Below, piece after piece: positions 13,278 through 26,139 of a stretch of 64,000 nt of DNA. The notes under the pieces were generated by a model, which searched no databases, had not been told where the DNA came from, and worked only from the letters and a program-made list of their open reading frames with translations. The position numbers were made by a program, and so were the translations under genes. How positions within the stretch are numbered: the first letter of the stretch is position 1; each line of letters opens with the position of its first letter. Source of the DNA: Octopus sinensis (taxonomy: Eukaryota); the NCBI RefSeq assembly GCF_006345805.1, contig NC_043014.1, forward strand, positions 30,504,001 to 30,568,000. Direction: 5' to 3'.

Positions 13278-14910
13278 TTAATTTAGTTCTGCTCTTTATT
13301 CTTAATAACGACTTAACATTCTTTACATCCTCAATGCTGACAAGCCAACAAGGGACACAATGTGGTCACTTGATCTACTAGAAACAGCTGCCAAGTTTCC
13401 TTCAAATTACACCACAACATTTAGCTGTTTTATGATTATATTTCTAAATCATAGAGTTCCTATGTGTTACTTCACTTTCCACTATAAACAAAATTACGTA
13501 GTGTTTCAGCAAAAAAATCTGTAACTCTGTGTGTGTGTGTGTGTAACTGAAATCTTAGAATATCATTCATGCTACAATGACATTTTGATCAAGATTGTAA
13601 TTTAAATATGAACACTTTAGAACAGGCAGTAAGTCTCAAGAGAATTGGTATTAAAATGGTTTATAGGAATGACACGTCAGATAATGTAATTCTAGATGAT
13701 GCCGAAAAAAATAAAAAGAACTGTAACAGCTAGAATGCTCAGTCAGTACTGACCTGGAGATAAAAAACATTAACAACACTAATATCCTTAATATTGATGA
13801 TAAGTTTTAACTAAAAGCATAAAAAGCAATTCTTTTTGTTTTTGTAATACCATTATTTATTTCAGCAGTCATATTTCTGCGATTGAAAATGAAAATACCA
13901 TCATGATTATTAACTGTTATTAAAACATTGTCATTAGCCATTATTAAAACATTGTTAATCAACCATAAAAGACATCATCATTGTTATTTACCATTATGAA
14001 CTCATTAATATTGCTTTCAAATTTTGGCACAAAGCAATTTTTGGGGAGGGTATGAGTCAAACACATCAACCCCAGTTCTCAACTGGTACTTATTTTATTG
14101 ACCCTGAAAGGATGAAAGGTAAAGTCAACCTTGGCAGAATTTGAACTTAGAAACATGAAGACAGACAAAATGCCAAGAAGTATTTTGCCTGACTTGAAAC
14201 AATCCACCCAGCTCACCATTTTTTATAATGGATCCAAATTTTGGCACAAGGCCAGTAATTTGGGGGTGGGGTAAGTCAATTACACCAACCCCCAATGCTC
14301 AACTGGTAATTATTTTATCAATGCTGAAAGGATAAAAGGTAAAGTCAACCTCTGTGGAATTTGAACTCAGAACGTACAGATGGCCAAAATGTCACTAAGC
14401 ATTTTGCCCTATGTGTTAATGATTATGACAGCAAGCTGGCAGAATCAACTCATTAATATTAACTATAAAAGACATCATTACTATTAACCATTATAAAGCA
14501 GTGAGCTAGCAGAACAGCTAGCATGCCTTTCAAAATGCTTGGTGGAATTTCGCCTGTCTTTATACATGATCAGTTGAAATTCTGCCAAGGTCAATTTTGC
14601 CTTTCATGCTTTCAGGGTTGATAAAATAAGTACCAGTCTAGCATTAGAGTTGATGTAATCAACTAGCTCCCTCCTCTGAAATTTCAGGCTTAGTATCTAT
14701 AGTAGAAAGGATTATTATTAATCATTATTACTAATCATAAAAGACACCATCAGTATCACTAAACATAGAACAATAGTGAATAGGCAGAATTGTTAGAGTG
14801 CCCCCAAAAATGCCTTACAGTATATCATCTTGCTCTTTACATATAAGGTCAACTTCTCCTTTCATGTATCCAGGGTTAATAAAATAAAACAAGATACTTG
14901 GATCAAGTAC

Positions 14911-15070
14911 TGGAGTCAATTATATATAAGAGGATGCTGAAAAGTTCCTGTCTTTAAGGGTATCATGAAAGGCCTGGTTGGAGGTGCAACCTTCTGAGTT
15001 CTTTTACAGAGGTTAGAAATATTAAAGGACTGCCACAATAAGTCCATGAATCTGAGAAGGGAATATGTTG
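14911..15070 (+). mobile_element. Mariner MITE left part, truncated
   Basis: TIR-like gaggatgctgaaaagttcc and mariner C-terminal remnant ...NLRREYVE*. Confidence 0.55.
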
Positions 15071-15150
15071 AATAAAATAATTTAATAAATAAAATATATG
15101 CATACATACATACATATATGTACGTACCTACATCTACATGTATATATACA

Positions 15151-15204
<54 letters not shown>

Positions 15205-16064
15205 TACAGGACACCACAAATAGATGTAGAACTCAACGAGAAACGAAAACGTAAAAACAAACATGGAAACGGACTTTTTTTAACAACAAAAAAACAGAGT
15301 ACAAGACAAACAATACAAGGAATATTCCCCTACATATATGTATGTATGCATATATTTTATTTATTAAATTATTGTTTGACTGAGCGCCCTCGCGTCGTTT
15401 CGTTTCTTTTCTTTTCTCCAAGTAAGTTTTTATATATAATTATGACGCGAAACTCTGTAACCCTTTGCTTGACCTTCCCTTTCTTCCTGTCTGTCTTCCT
15501 CTTTGCCTGTCTCTCTCCTTCTTATTTTTCACCCTTTCTGGTTTCCTTTCCTCTCTATCTCTCTCTCTCTCTCACTCCTCCTCATCTCTCTCACTGCTGA
15601 GTCGACCAACTTCCTTTCGCTGGCGGCCTTCTACAAGTCAACATGACTTTTTTCCTGCACTCTGAATTTTTTCCATCATCTAGGCTTAAAAAAAGGCCCT
15701 CAATGTTGGTTTCTTTGTCCTGTTTTTATTCTTTATGTGTACTGTATTTTTTTGTATTTGTATTTTTATTTGTATTGCTTTTACGTCCTATTCTTGTCAC
15801 ATTTTTTTCTTTCCTTGTTTTTATCCCTCTGCAAAGGAATTTTATTTAATTCTTTCGCAGGAAGGACTGGTTCGACGAGTCATGTTCTGTCCTTACCTTC
15901 GAAGCACACATGGAGTCGAACCAGGGACATCTGATGAAGGGGAATATTCCTTGTATTGTTTGTCTTGTACTCTGTTTTTTCGTTGTTAAAAAAAGTCCAT
16001 TTCCATGTTTGTTTTTACGTTTTCATTTCTCGTTGAGTTCTACGTCTATTTGTGGTGTCCTGTA

Positions 16065-16110
<46 letters not shown>

Positions 16111-16270
16111 TGTATATATACATGTATGTAGGTATGTTCATATATGTATGTATGTATGCATATATTTTATTTATTAAATTATATATATATATATTTATAT
16201 ATATATATATATATATAGGTATGTTCATATATGTATGTATGTATGCATATATTTTATTTATTAAATTATA
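15071..16270. mobile_element. Element with a 260-bp inverted arm plus direct terminal repeats (Penelope-like architecture)
   Basis: 15071-15331 is the reverse complement of 15939-16190. Motif catatatgtatgtatgcatatattttatttattaaatta recurs directly near 15333, 16140 and 16226. Confidence 0.5.
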
Positions 16271-16282
16271 TATATATATATT

Positions 16283-16360
<78 letters not shown>

Positions 16361-17274
16361 GAGACAGACGGATAGACAGACAGACAGGCAGGTGGGCAGA
16401 CAGACAGGCAGATAGACAGAAACAGAGAAAAAGAGAATGACGACTGAAATGAAACAAGAAATATTGATTGGTACTCTATTAACCCTGAAGACATGAGAAG
16501 TAGAGTGGAACTTAGTGGAAGCTTAGTATAGATATCAAAGAGTAGTGCTCAAATGAATGGGAACTTAAACTCCAGGACCAGTGTCTCAGCATCAAAGGTC
16601 AGCTATAAAAAATATCATTAACAAGCTGTTATAAATGCAGTAAAGTGGATAAACACATCACATGAAACATAAATTTACATGGAGCACAAAATAGAGAATA
16701 AAGAAAAAAAGAGAACAAAAGAACACAAAATTTAGATAAAGTCTTATCTCAACACATGTTTCAAGACAGCCATATCTTACATAATATGTCATACATATAT
16801 CATAGTCATGCATAATATGTTTGATGTCATAGGTGTGTGTCCTGAAATATGTCCCATTGAAATTGTGCAACTAAGTTAGGCATCCCTTCTCAAGAAGACT
16901 TGTCACAGGATACCTATGAGATTATACACATATTAACCCTTTCATTACCAACCTGGTCGAAACTGCCTCTGGCTCTGTAGTACAAATGTCTTGTTTTCTT
17001 AAGTTTTGAATTAAAATCTTCCACCAAATCTTAGTCACAATTTATGTTACTAACACTAGCTTAATGGTAACTAAGTTAATTTACTAAATTCTTTGTTATA
17101 TTTAAAATAATTGAAAGAAACACAGAGTATCTCAAAATAAATACGGTAATGGAAGGGTTAGATACAAATATGGTTATTATATCAGTTACGACCTTCTTCA
17201 AATCAGTGCCAAAATAAGATTTTTTATATAATTCTTCTGTTATATATTTTTTTTGTTCACTTATATTTATTCAG

Positions 17275-17296
17275 GAATCTTTATTTTGTGCTGCAT
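17275..17296 (+). CDS. Candidate 22-nt micro-exon (K-NLYFVLH)
   Basis: ttcacttatatttattcAG| acceptor and cat|GTAAAT donor; phase 2 to 0; keeps frame only together with 18884-18894. Confidence 0.3.
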
Positions 17297-17630
17297 GTAA
17301 ATATAGGCCTCAAGCCTACCAACATCTTGGTCGAATTTTAAAATAGGCCACCTGACACAGAGTAAACCATTAATATCTTGTTTACATCATTTTGACATTG
17401 GTTCATTGCAACTGACAAATGATCTTGTTCTCAGCTTGAAAAATGGTGAAATAAATTAATGTTTTGACCAGAAAACCCTGGGTAGTTGTTTTTAGCAAGA
17501 TTTATTATTTTTATTATAATATTATGTCAATATATATATATATAATTATTTTAATTGGGGAAAGACAAAATCAAATCAATGTTATATATGTTTTCGTGAA
17601 CTAACACCATTTATTTCATATTACATACGA

Positions 17631-17762
17631 AGTTATGCAATTCCTACAATAAAATTAGTGTTCATTCACTTGTTCAGACATTTTAATTTCAATGGAAGTG
17701 AAATTCAAATTAAAATGCCAAAAGTAAATGAACACTAATTTCATTGCAGGAATTGCTTAACT
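17631..17762. repeat. Small MITE-like inverted repeat
   Basis: About 40-bp arms gttatgcaattcctacaataaaattagtgttcatt and its reverse complement. Confidence 0.7.
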
Positions 17763-18022
17763 TTCTTTCAGTGTTACAAAAAATTATGTAACACTAATTA
17801 GACTTCTCTTTTTCTCAATTAAAATAATTAATATTCACAGGATTATTACATGCCTTGGATTGGTAAAGTGCTCCATTAATAATTGACTGACATATAAACA
17901 ATCATTCTTTGAGTATTCATAAACAATGCTAGCCAAATTGCTGCATGAGATGAGTGGCGATGAGGTGATAGCATGGTTTTTTGTCCACTCAACAATAAGA
18001 TACACACACACACGTGTGTATA

Positions 18023-18072
<50 letters not shown>

Positions 18073-18126
18073 CATGCATGTGTGTGTATGTATATATGTA
18101 TGCATATAGAGAATTCTATAGAGAAG

Positions 18127-18356
18127 GCGGCAAGCTGGCAGACACGTTAGCGCGCCGGGTGAAATGCTTAGCGGTATTTCGTCTGTTGTTACGTTCTGAG
18201 TTCAAATTCCGCTGAGGTCAACTTTGCCTTTCATCCTTTCGTCGTCAATAAATAAAGTACCAGTTTCGCACTGGGGGCTATATAATCGACTCAATCCCTT
18301 CGTCTGTCCTTGTTTGTCCCCTCTATGTTTAGCCCCTTGTGGGCAGTAAAGAAATA
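18127..18356 (+). mobile_element. SINE family B, young
   Basis: Full-length match to 3024-3245. Confidence 0.9.
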
Positions 18357-18883
18357 TATATGTATGCATATATGTATGTATACATATATATGTGTGTGCA
18401 TGTAGGTGTTTATTCATATATACATTTATATATAGAGTGAGAGTTGTATATGTCTATAACAAGTAACTTTGATATTACAGGTTGATAGTGAAGTACTCCA
18501 TGGTATATGCAGCCATTTAATAACATACAGAATTGTTAAATTTTCTTTTTTGTGGCCTTAAAATTTTTCCTAGCCCAGCTGTAACCTGGTCCTTAACAGT
18601 TCCACTGGGACTACTAGCCAATTCTTATAAGCATTAGGTATTTTGTTTCCCTTTTGTTTCTGTGTTTCCCATTGAATTTAGAAATAGATGTTTCTTATAT
18701 TCATATAGATTGACTTTGACACCTTGATATGGGTCACTGGTTGGTCATCATTAATCCTTTCTCAGTTTTCATTCTTTTGAACAGATAACATCAGGGTGTC
18801 AACAACTGACCAGTGACTTCAATCACTGGTTAGTCATTGTTTAAATCATAGAAATGTAGCTTTTTTTTAAATTTATTTTACAG

Positions 18884-18894
18884 GTGTACAGGGT
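18884..18894 (+). CDS. Candidate 11-nt micro-exon (VYR-V)
   Basis: tttttttaaatttattttacAG|gtgtacagggt|GTGAGT: strong acceptor and consensus donor; phase 0 to 2. Confidence 0.35.
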
Positions 18895-19124
18895 GTGAGT
18901 ATATTGTGTGGAAGGCTGAATGTCTCAGACAGCAATCAATATAAACTTAAAATATTTAAATATATATAAATATACAATGTTATTACCAGTCCAAATATGC
19001 CTGGGACAAGCCATTGATTGTATATTGTTTATGTACACTCTGAAAAAAAATATATGCTCAAACACATATATATGTATGTGCATGTATACACTTACTCACA
19101 CAAACACACATATATACTCTTTAC

Positions 19125-19492
19125 TCTTTTACTTGTTTCAGTCATTTGACTGTGGCCATGTTGGAGCACCGCCTTTAGTCGAGCAAATCAACCCCAAGAC
19201 TTATTCTTTCTAAGCCTAGTACTTATTCTATCGGTCTCTTTTGCCAAACCACTAAGTTACAGGGACGTAAACACACCAGCATCAGTTGTCAAGCGATGTT
19301 GGTGGGGTCAAACACAGACACACACATATATATATATACAACGGGCTTCTTTCAGTTTCTATCTACCAAATCCACTCACAAGGATTTGGTCGGCCCGAGG
19401 GTATAGTAGAAGACACTTGCCCAAGGTGACATGCAGTGGGACTGAACCCGAAACTATGTGGTTGGTAAGCAAACTATTTACCACACAGCCAC
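19125..19492 (-). mobile_element. SINE family A
   Basis: Reverse-complement match to the family consensus. Confidence 0.85.
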
Positions 19493-19902
19493 TAGCTTTT
19501 ATCTTACACCTGTTTCAGTCACTGCTGAGGGTCCAACTTGAAGAGTTTTAGTCAAATGAATCAAATCCCAGTATTTATTTAAAACAATTTTGTTTAAATA
19601 CTGATACTTATTCTCTCCGTCACTTTTGTTGAACTGCTTTGTTATAGAGATGTAAACAAACCAACACCAGTTTTCAAATGGTGGTGGGGGACAAACACGG
19701 ACACTAGTATATGTAATTATTGTATGTTGGTTATCTCCCTTGTGTTTTTCCTTTTTGTCTTCTTTGCAAGTGTCTCTTGTTTAAACATTATCTGCTCAAA
19801 AGACAACTGTCAAATGGTCTTACTTTCAGCTTCATAAATTATTTCAATTAGGGAAACTCTGGGTAGTTACAATTGCAAGACTTGTGGCTTTTAATTAAAA
19901 AT

Positions 19903-19945
<43 letters not shown>

Positions 19946-19946
<1 letters not shown>

Positions 19947-20183
19947 GAGGCACATGGCCTAGTGGTTAGAGCAGCGGACTCGCGATCGAGGAATCATGGG
20001 TTCAAATCTCAGACCAGGCAATGTGCGTGTTTATGAGCGAAACACCTAAGCTCCACGCGGCCCCGGCAGAAGGTAATGGTGAACTTCTGCTGACTCTTTG
20101 GTCACGACTTCCTCTCACGCTTTCCTCTTGCATCTCACCTGCGACACACCGGCATCACATCCAGGTGGGGAACCTATACGCCA
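19946..20183 (+). mobile_element. SINE family D (tRNA-derived head)
   Basis: A box tggcctagtgg and B box gggttcaaatc; no closed acceptor stem. Confidence 0.85.
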
Positions 20184-20344
20184 AGATATAGACATACAAC
20201 AGTTTTCATCTACCAAATCAACTCACAAGGTTTTGGTCAGCCTGAGGCGATAGTAGGATAGTGGGCCTGCACCTAGAACTATGTGGGAAGCAAAGTTCTT
20301 ACCATACAGCCACACCTGCATTAAAATACTTTTACTGGTTTGTT

Positions 20345-21500
20345 TGGAGTGAGTGATTTTTATTTCACACCCACTTCCTGGCTTTCTCTCTGAAATTCTT
20401 TCTGATCAACTGGAGGGGGATGCTCAACTTTGTGCTTCCTCCCACAATGTGGGCTCATCTGATAACTGAGATAAAGGTTTGTCCAAATGTTGTTTGGAAA
20501 CATTCACATCTACACCTAACTGATCTCTGAGGTTGTTTGGCAGAGTGTTGCAAAGTTGTGAACCCTTGAAACCTAAGCTATTAAACACTGAGTCCTTACT
20601 CTAAATGGAGAGGACAGGATCTTTGGTAGTATGCAGTTTGTCTGTTCCTTCTCGAGCCATGCCTGGCTCATAAGGGCCGGTTTCCCAGTTTCCTTGGCAT
20701 ATGGGTTCTTCACCGGGACGTATAGGTTCCCCACCTGGTCCATCGCAGGTGAGCTGCAAGATGCTGGAGGAAAGAGTGAGAGAAAGTTGTGGCGAAAGAG
20801 TCAGCAGAAATTTGCCATTACCTTCTGCTGGAGCCGCATGGAGCTTAGGTGTTTCGCTCATAAACACATACATTGCCCGGTCTGAAATTCGAACCCGCGA
20901 TCCCTCGACCGCGTGTCCGCTGCTTTAACCACTAGGCCATATGCCTCCAGGTAGTATGTAGTGGCATCCCAGTTGGTAGTTGGTATAGTTTTCAATCCCA
21001 ATGTTGGGAACTAAACCTTTCAGGATATTCCATATACATGTCACTGCATATCTTTTGCATCTTCGTTCTAAGTGGTAGTGCCTCAGTTCTTTTAACCTCT
21101 CCCAGTTTTCTCATCTGTAGTACCAAGTCAATCTTTGTGTAGTGGCTGGTGTTGGATTGACTCAAATTCTGCTGTTAGTATGATGGTTTGTGGCAACCAC
21201 AGTTGGGAGCAGAAATCTAGGTGACTGAGAACAAATGTTCTTCACAGGAGTAGCACAGTTTCATTTTTCCTTGTTTCAAATTATTTCAGAATCCAACCAA
21301 CCACTTGCCTGCTCAGTGTTGCCAACTTAGTAATATGTGCATGAAAATTTGCATCATTACTCAAGTGGATTCTTAGGTCATGTGCCAGCTCTGACTCTGT
21401 GACAGCAATAAATATATGAATATGTACACACACACACAATCCTAACCTATCCAACTGGATAAATGAATTCTGCAGATTCAGAAATAGTTCCTTGTGTCCA
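20345..21500 (-). mobile_element. Old CR1-type LINE RT C-terminal fragment, interrupted by a SINE
   Basis: Remnants TFVLSHLDFCSQLW, WERLKELRHYHLERR..IWNILKGLVPNIG and GSQLCNTLPNNLR..LDKPLSQLSDEP, with stops and frameshifts. Confidence 0.85.
20630..20948 (-). mobile_element. SINE family D, full-length, inserted in an old CR1 fragment
   Basis: Reverse complement of 19946-20183 plus an extra 3' part. Confidence 0.85.
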
Positions 21501-21649
21501 CTTGATGGATATGTGCACTTGGAAACATCCATGCATATATTGAAGCTACTTAAGATAATTTTAAATGCTAATATCATAATCACACTTTAGGGATAGGAGG
21601 AAAGTTAATTTTACATCTTTAGTTTTTTTGTTTTGTTTTTTTTTCTAAG

Positions 21650-21719
21650 AAAGCTTCCTGATAAAGAGATTGAGTATGAAATTGCTTGGTATATTATATG
21701 CAAAGCACAGCCATATAAA
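21650..21719 (+). CDS. Candidate internal exon (KLPDKEIEYEIAWYIICKAQPYK)
   Basis: Roughly 25-nt poly-T tract then ctaAG|, open frame, donor aaa|GTTAGT; phase 2 to 0. Confidence 0.65.
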
Positions 21720-22770
21720 GTTAGTAATGATGTATGTAATTTGTGTAACATGACACTTATGAAATAATTAAGTGTAAATCAAATATCATTAACCAATGAA
21801 ACGATGTAATAAAATGATGTCCACACATGCACCATCTCTCCTTCCTACACAATACAAAAAAATTAATGTAAAAGATCCAACCTAAATGCACTATTACTAT
21901 CATTATTACTAAATGTATGTGAGTTGGCACAATCATTAGCATACCAAGCAAAACACTTAACAGTATTTCATCCATCTTCATAGCTCTAAGTTCAAATTCT
22001 GCCAAGGTCATCTTAGCCTTTCATCCTTTTGGGATCAATAAAATAAGTACAAATAAATCACTGGGGTCATTCTAATCAACTTAACCCTTCTTCTGAAATT
22101 GCTAGCCATGAGCCAAAATTTGAAACTAATATTACTATTAGCAGTTAACTCCTATAAGTCTTCCCCCCTAATTAGTATAACTGCTATTTTCTATGTTTCT
22201 GTAATTCCACTTTGCTTAGTTTATTAATCCCAATCCAGACTGGGTTGATTCTGACTGGCAATTCAGCATTACCACACAGAGATAGTAATATTAAAATACG
22301 ATTAGTGTCTATCTTTAATCTATGAGCTAATTAACTAAATCTTTTCTCATAAATTAGTTATATAATGTCCACAAATGTACCGCTGGTCCTCCTTATATTT
22401 TACTAATAGTTAAACTATTAGCTTGAACGTGAGATCGCTAATAATACTACCAGTTAACTCTAAAAAGTATCCCCCTTAGTTTACTTTTGTTTTTTTTTTA
22501 TTTATTTTATCTGATTATGTTTGATTTATCACTTTTAGTTTGTTGCTTCCATTTACATAATATGTAACCTTCACTGTAGTATAGTATATTCTAACTCTCA
22601 GGATTGACAGCGGGATGGCTTGACAGAGCATAAATCATTGGATGTATGTATGTATATGAATATCATCTGCATGTATGTATGTACATATGTATGTGTATAT
22701 ATATATCATCATCATCATCATCATATATATATATATATATCATCATCATATATATATATATATATATATA

Positions 22771-24303
22771 TGCAAATAATGATATAGATTGACTTGGTCA
22801 CTTAAACAAAATGATGAACTGCTATTTTTGAAATTACAATTTTGATATAAATATTTTACATGAGAAATGGTATATGCGTAAGCATATGTATGTGAAGATG
22901 TGTGTATGATTGTGTATGAGAATATTCATATGAAGTGTATACACACTTATGTTCAAATGTGTTATCAATGGCTTGGAATGACACTGCTGTCCTTCTGAGT
23001 CAGCCATGCACAAAATTCCAAAAGTTAGGCCACTTTGCTATGCTTATAAGTACTTCTACTAAAACAAATACATTATTTTAACAAATCTGGGCTCTCTTGA
23101 TATATAAACCCTGATATATTTTTCTTCATTTCTTCCACACTCCTCATTCTCTTTACTTCTTTATTATTCATTTATTTTATCCCCCCTCCCATCATATGGT
23201 TTATTCTTTTAAATACTACACTGGATGCTCAACCCAAATCTTTAGAAAGCAAATCTTGTGACAAACTTAGTCATTCATATTTTACATCCCATATATGATA
23301 ATTCTAGTATTTGTGAAGAGTGAAATCTGCCAAATACATTTATTATCTGTAACTATATAATGAAAGTATTGCTGTTTATATCAGAGTCGGGTGTTTTAAC
23401 CTGCCATGAAATGTTCTGAATCAAAATCTGTTTGATATGTTACCACAGAATTATATTTAAGGGTGTGTGTGTGTATATATATATACATATATATGTATAT
23501 ATATATGTGTGTGTGTGTGTGTCTATATATTTATTTATTTATATGTATATTACTTATGTATGTGTACTGGATGATGTACCACTTATGTAATTAGCACATA
23601 TTACAAAAACAACTGTCAACTAATGAAGTAAACAGCTATTCTCTCACTTCACTTTTCTTATCAGGTCAGTTTTTATATATACTCGCCACCATTACAATTC
23701 CTGGATTATCACAACAACGGTAGTTACATGCTAGCCTTAATCGTGGCCTTTCTTGATAGCCATGCACCAGGCAGGGAGCTTACTGCAAGCTCTGTGTGAT
23801 TCTTTGAATCTCTATTATTTTGAGCATTGTTTTCGTTCGGTTCCTTGATCTACGCAGATCCATGCGGATTAAAATCCTGATTTAGTAGACATCCCGAGAA
23901 AAAGACGTAAACATATCAATGTTCAATAACAAAATGATAGCAGAGGTGGCTACCCATAACCCAATTGCTAAAACTCTACAGCCACTGGCCTTAGTCAGAA
24001 TGGACGCAAGCAGTTACTACTAAATGTCCTCCCCAACAACTTTAAACTTAAGACATATGTCATCGACCCTCTATAAATTTCTTTCATTTTCCTCTATTTC
24101 TTTAACTTATCTTCCACTACCTCTCATCCTCTCTCTTATTTTCTCAGCTACCCTGTACACAATTCTTAGACACCATACATCTATTCACCTTACTTTATTG
24201 TATAGCCAATCCTTAAAATCCCCCACCTTACACTATCTACCTCTCTTCTATTCATTTTCTTTTCTCTCCTTTTACCAGTTAATAGCCATACTTTGTATGT
24301 ATG

Positions 24304-24334
<31 letters not shown>

Positions 24335-25885
24335 TATATATATATGCAAATAATGATATAGATTGACTTGGTCACTTAACAAAATGATGAACTGCTATTT
24401 TTGAAATTACAATTTTGATATAAATATTTTACATGAGAAATGGTATATGCGTAAGCATATGTATGTGAAGATGTGTGTATGATTGTGTATGAGAATATTC
24501 ATATGAAGTGTATACACACTTATGTTCAAATGTGTTATCAATGGGCTTGGAATGACACTGCTGTCCTTCTGAGTCAGCCATGCACAAAATTCCAAAAGTT
24601 TAGGCCACTTTGCTATGCTTATAAGTACTTCTACTAAAACAAATACATTATTTTAACAAATCTGGGCTCTCTTGATATATAAACCCTGATATATTTTTCT
24701 TCATTTCTTCCACACTCCTCATTCTCTTTACTTCTTTATTTATTCATTTATTTTATCCCCCCTCCCATCATATGGTTTATTCTTTTAAATACTACACTGG
24801 ATGCTCAACCCAAATCTTTAGAAAGCAAATCTTTGTGACAAACTTAGTCATTCATATTTTACATCCCATATATGATAATTCTAGTATTTGTGAAGAGTGA
24901 AATCTGCCAAATACATTTATTATCTGTAACTATATAATGAAAGTATTTGCTGTTTATATCAGAGTCGGGTGTTTTAACCTGCCATGAAATGTTCTGAATC
25001 AAAATCTGTTTGATATGTTACCACAGAATTATATTTAAGGGTGTGTGTGTGTATATATATATACATATATATGTATATATATATGTGTGTGTGTGTGTGT
25101 CTATATATTTATTTATTTATATGTATATTACTTATGTATGTGTACTGGATGATGTACCACTTATGTAATTAGCACATATTACAAAAACAACTGTCAACTA
25201 ATGAAGTAAACAGCTATTCTCTCACTTCACTTTTCTTATCAGGTCAGTTTTTATATATACTCGCCACCATTACAATTCCTGGATTATCACAACAACGGTA
25301 GTTACATGCTAGCCTTAATCGTGGCCTTTCTTGATAGCCATGCACCAGGCAGGGAGCTTACTGCAAGCTCTGTGTGATTCTTTGAATCTCTATTATTTTG
25401 AGCATTGTTTTCGTTCGGTTTCCTTGATCTACGCAGATCCATGCGGATTAAAATCCTGATTTAGTAGACATCCCGAGAAAAAGACGTAAACATATCAATG
25501 TTCAATAACAAAATGATAGCAGAGGTGGCTACCCATAACCCAATTGCTAAAACTCTACAGCCACTGGCCTTAGTCAGAATGGACGCAAGCAGTTACTACT
25601 AAATGTCCTCCCCAACAACTTTAAACTTTAAGACATATGTCATCGACCCTCTATAAATTTCTTTCATTTTCCTCTATTTCTTTAACTTATCTTCCACTAC
25701 CTCCTCATCCTCTCTCTTATTTTCTCAGCTACCCTGTACACAATTCTTAGACACCATACATCTATTCACCTTACTTTATTGTATAGCCAATCCTTAAAAT
25801 CCCCCACCTTACACTATCTACCTCTCTTTCTATTCATTTTCTTTTCTCTCCTTTTACCAGTTAATAGCCATACTTTGTATGTATG

Positions 25886-25886
<1 letters not shown>
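22771..25886. repeat. Tandem duplication, period about 1574 bp (22771-24305 / 24345-25886)
   Basis: Near-identical copies joined by a (TA)n tract; the differences I saw are all single-base indels. Confidence 0.95.
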
Positions 25887-25918
<32 letters not shown>

Positions 25919-26027
25919 ACGTATATTTACACATATATACATATAGATATATACACACATATATACATGTATACATATATATATATATATACCTATAAAT
26001 CTATACATATACATCTATATATAATAT

Positions 26028-26063
<36 letters not shown>

Positions 26064-26103
26064 CGTATAAATGCACACATATATACATGCATATACATGT
26101 GTA

Positions 26104-26139
<36 letters not shown>

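Noticed and set aside
15925-15960. Hammerhead ribozyme at CTGATGA-aggggaatattcctt
   Set aside because: The required GAAA after stem II is absent and no stems I/III could be drawn
19946-20020. tRNA gene
   Set aside because: A and B boxes are present but the acceptor stem does not close and the sequence continues into a multicopy SINE body
23680-24290. Possible LINE C-terminal zinc knuckle (CKLC…EHCF) and pyrimidine-rich 3'UTR inside the duplicated unit
   Set aside because: Needs several frameshifts to assemble; too weak to call
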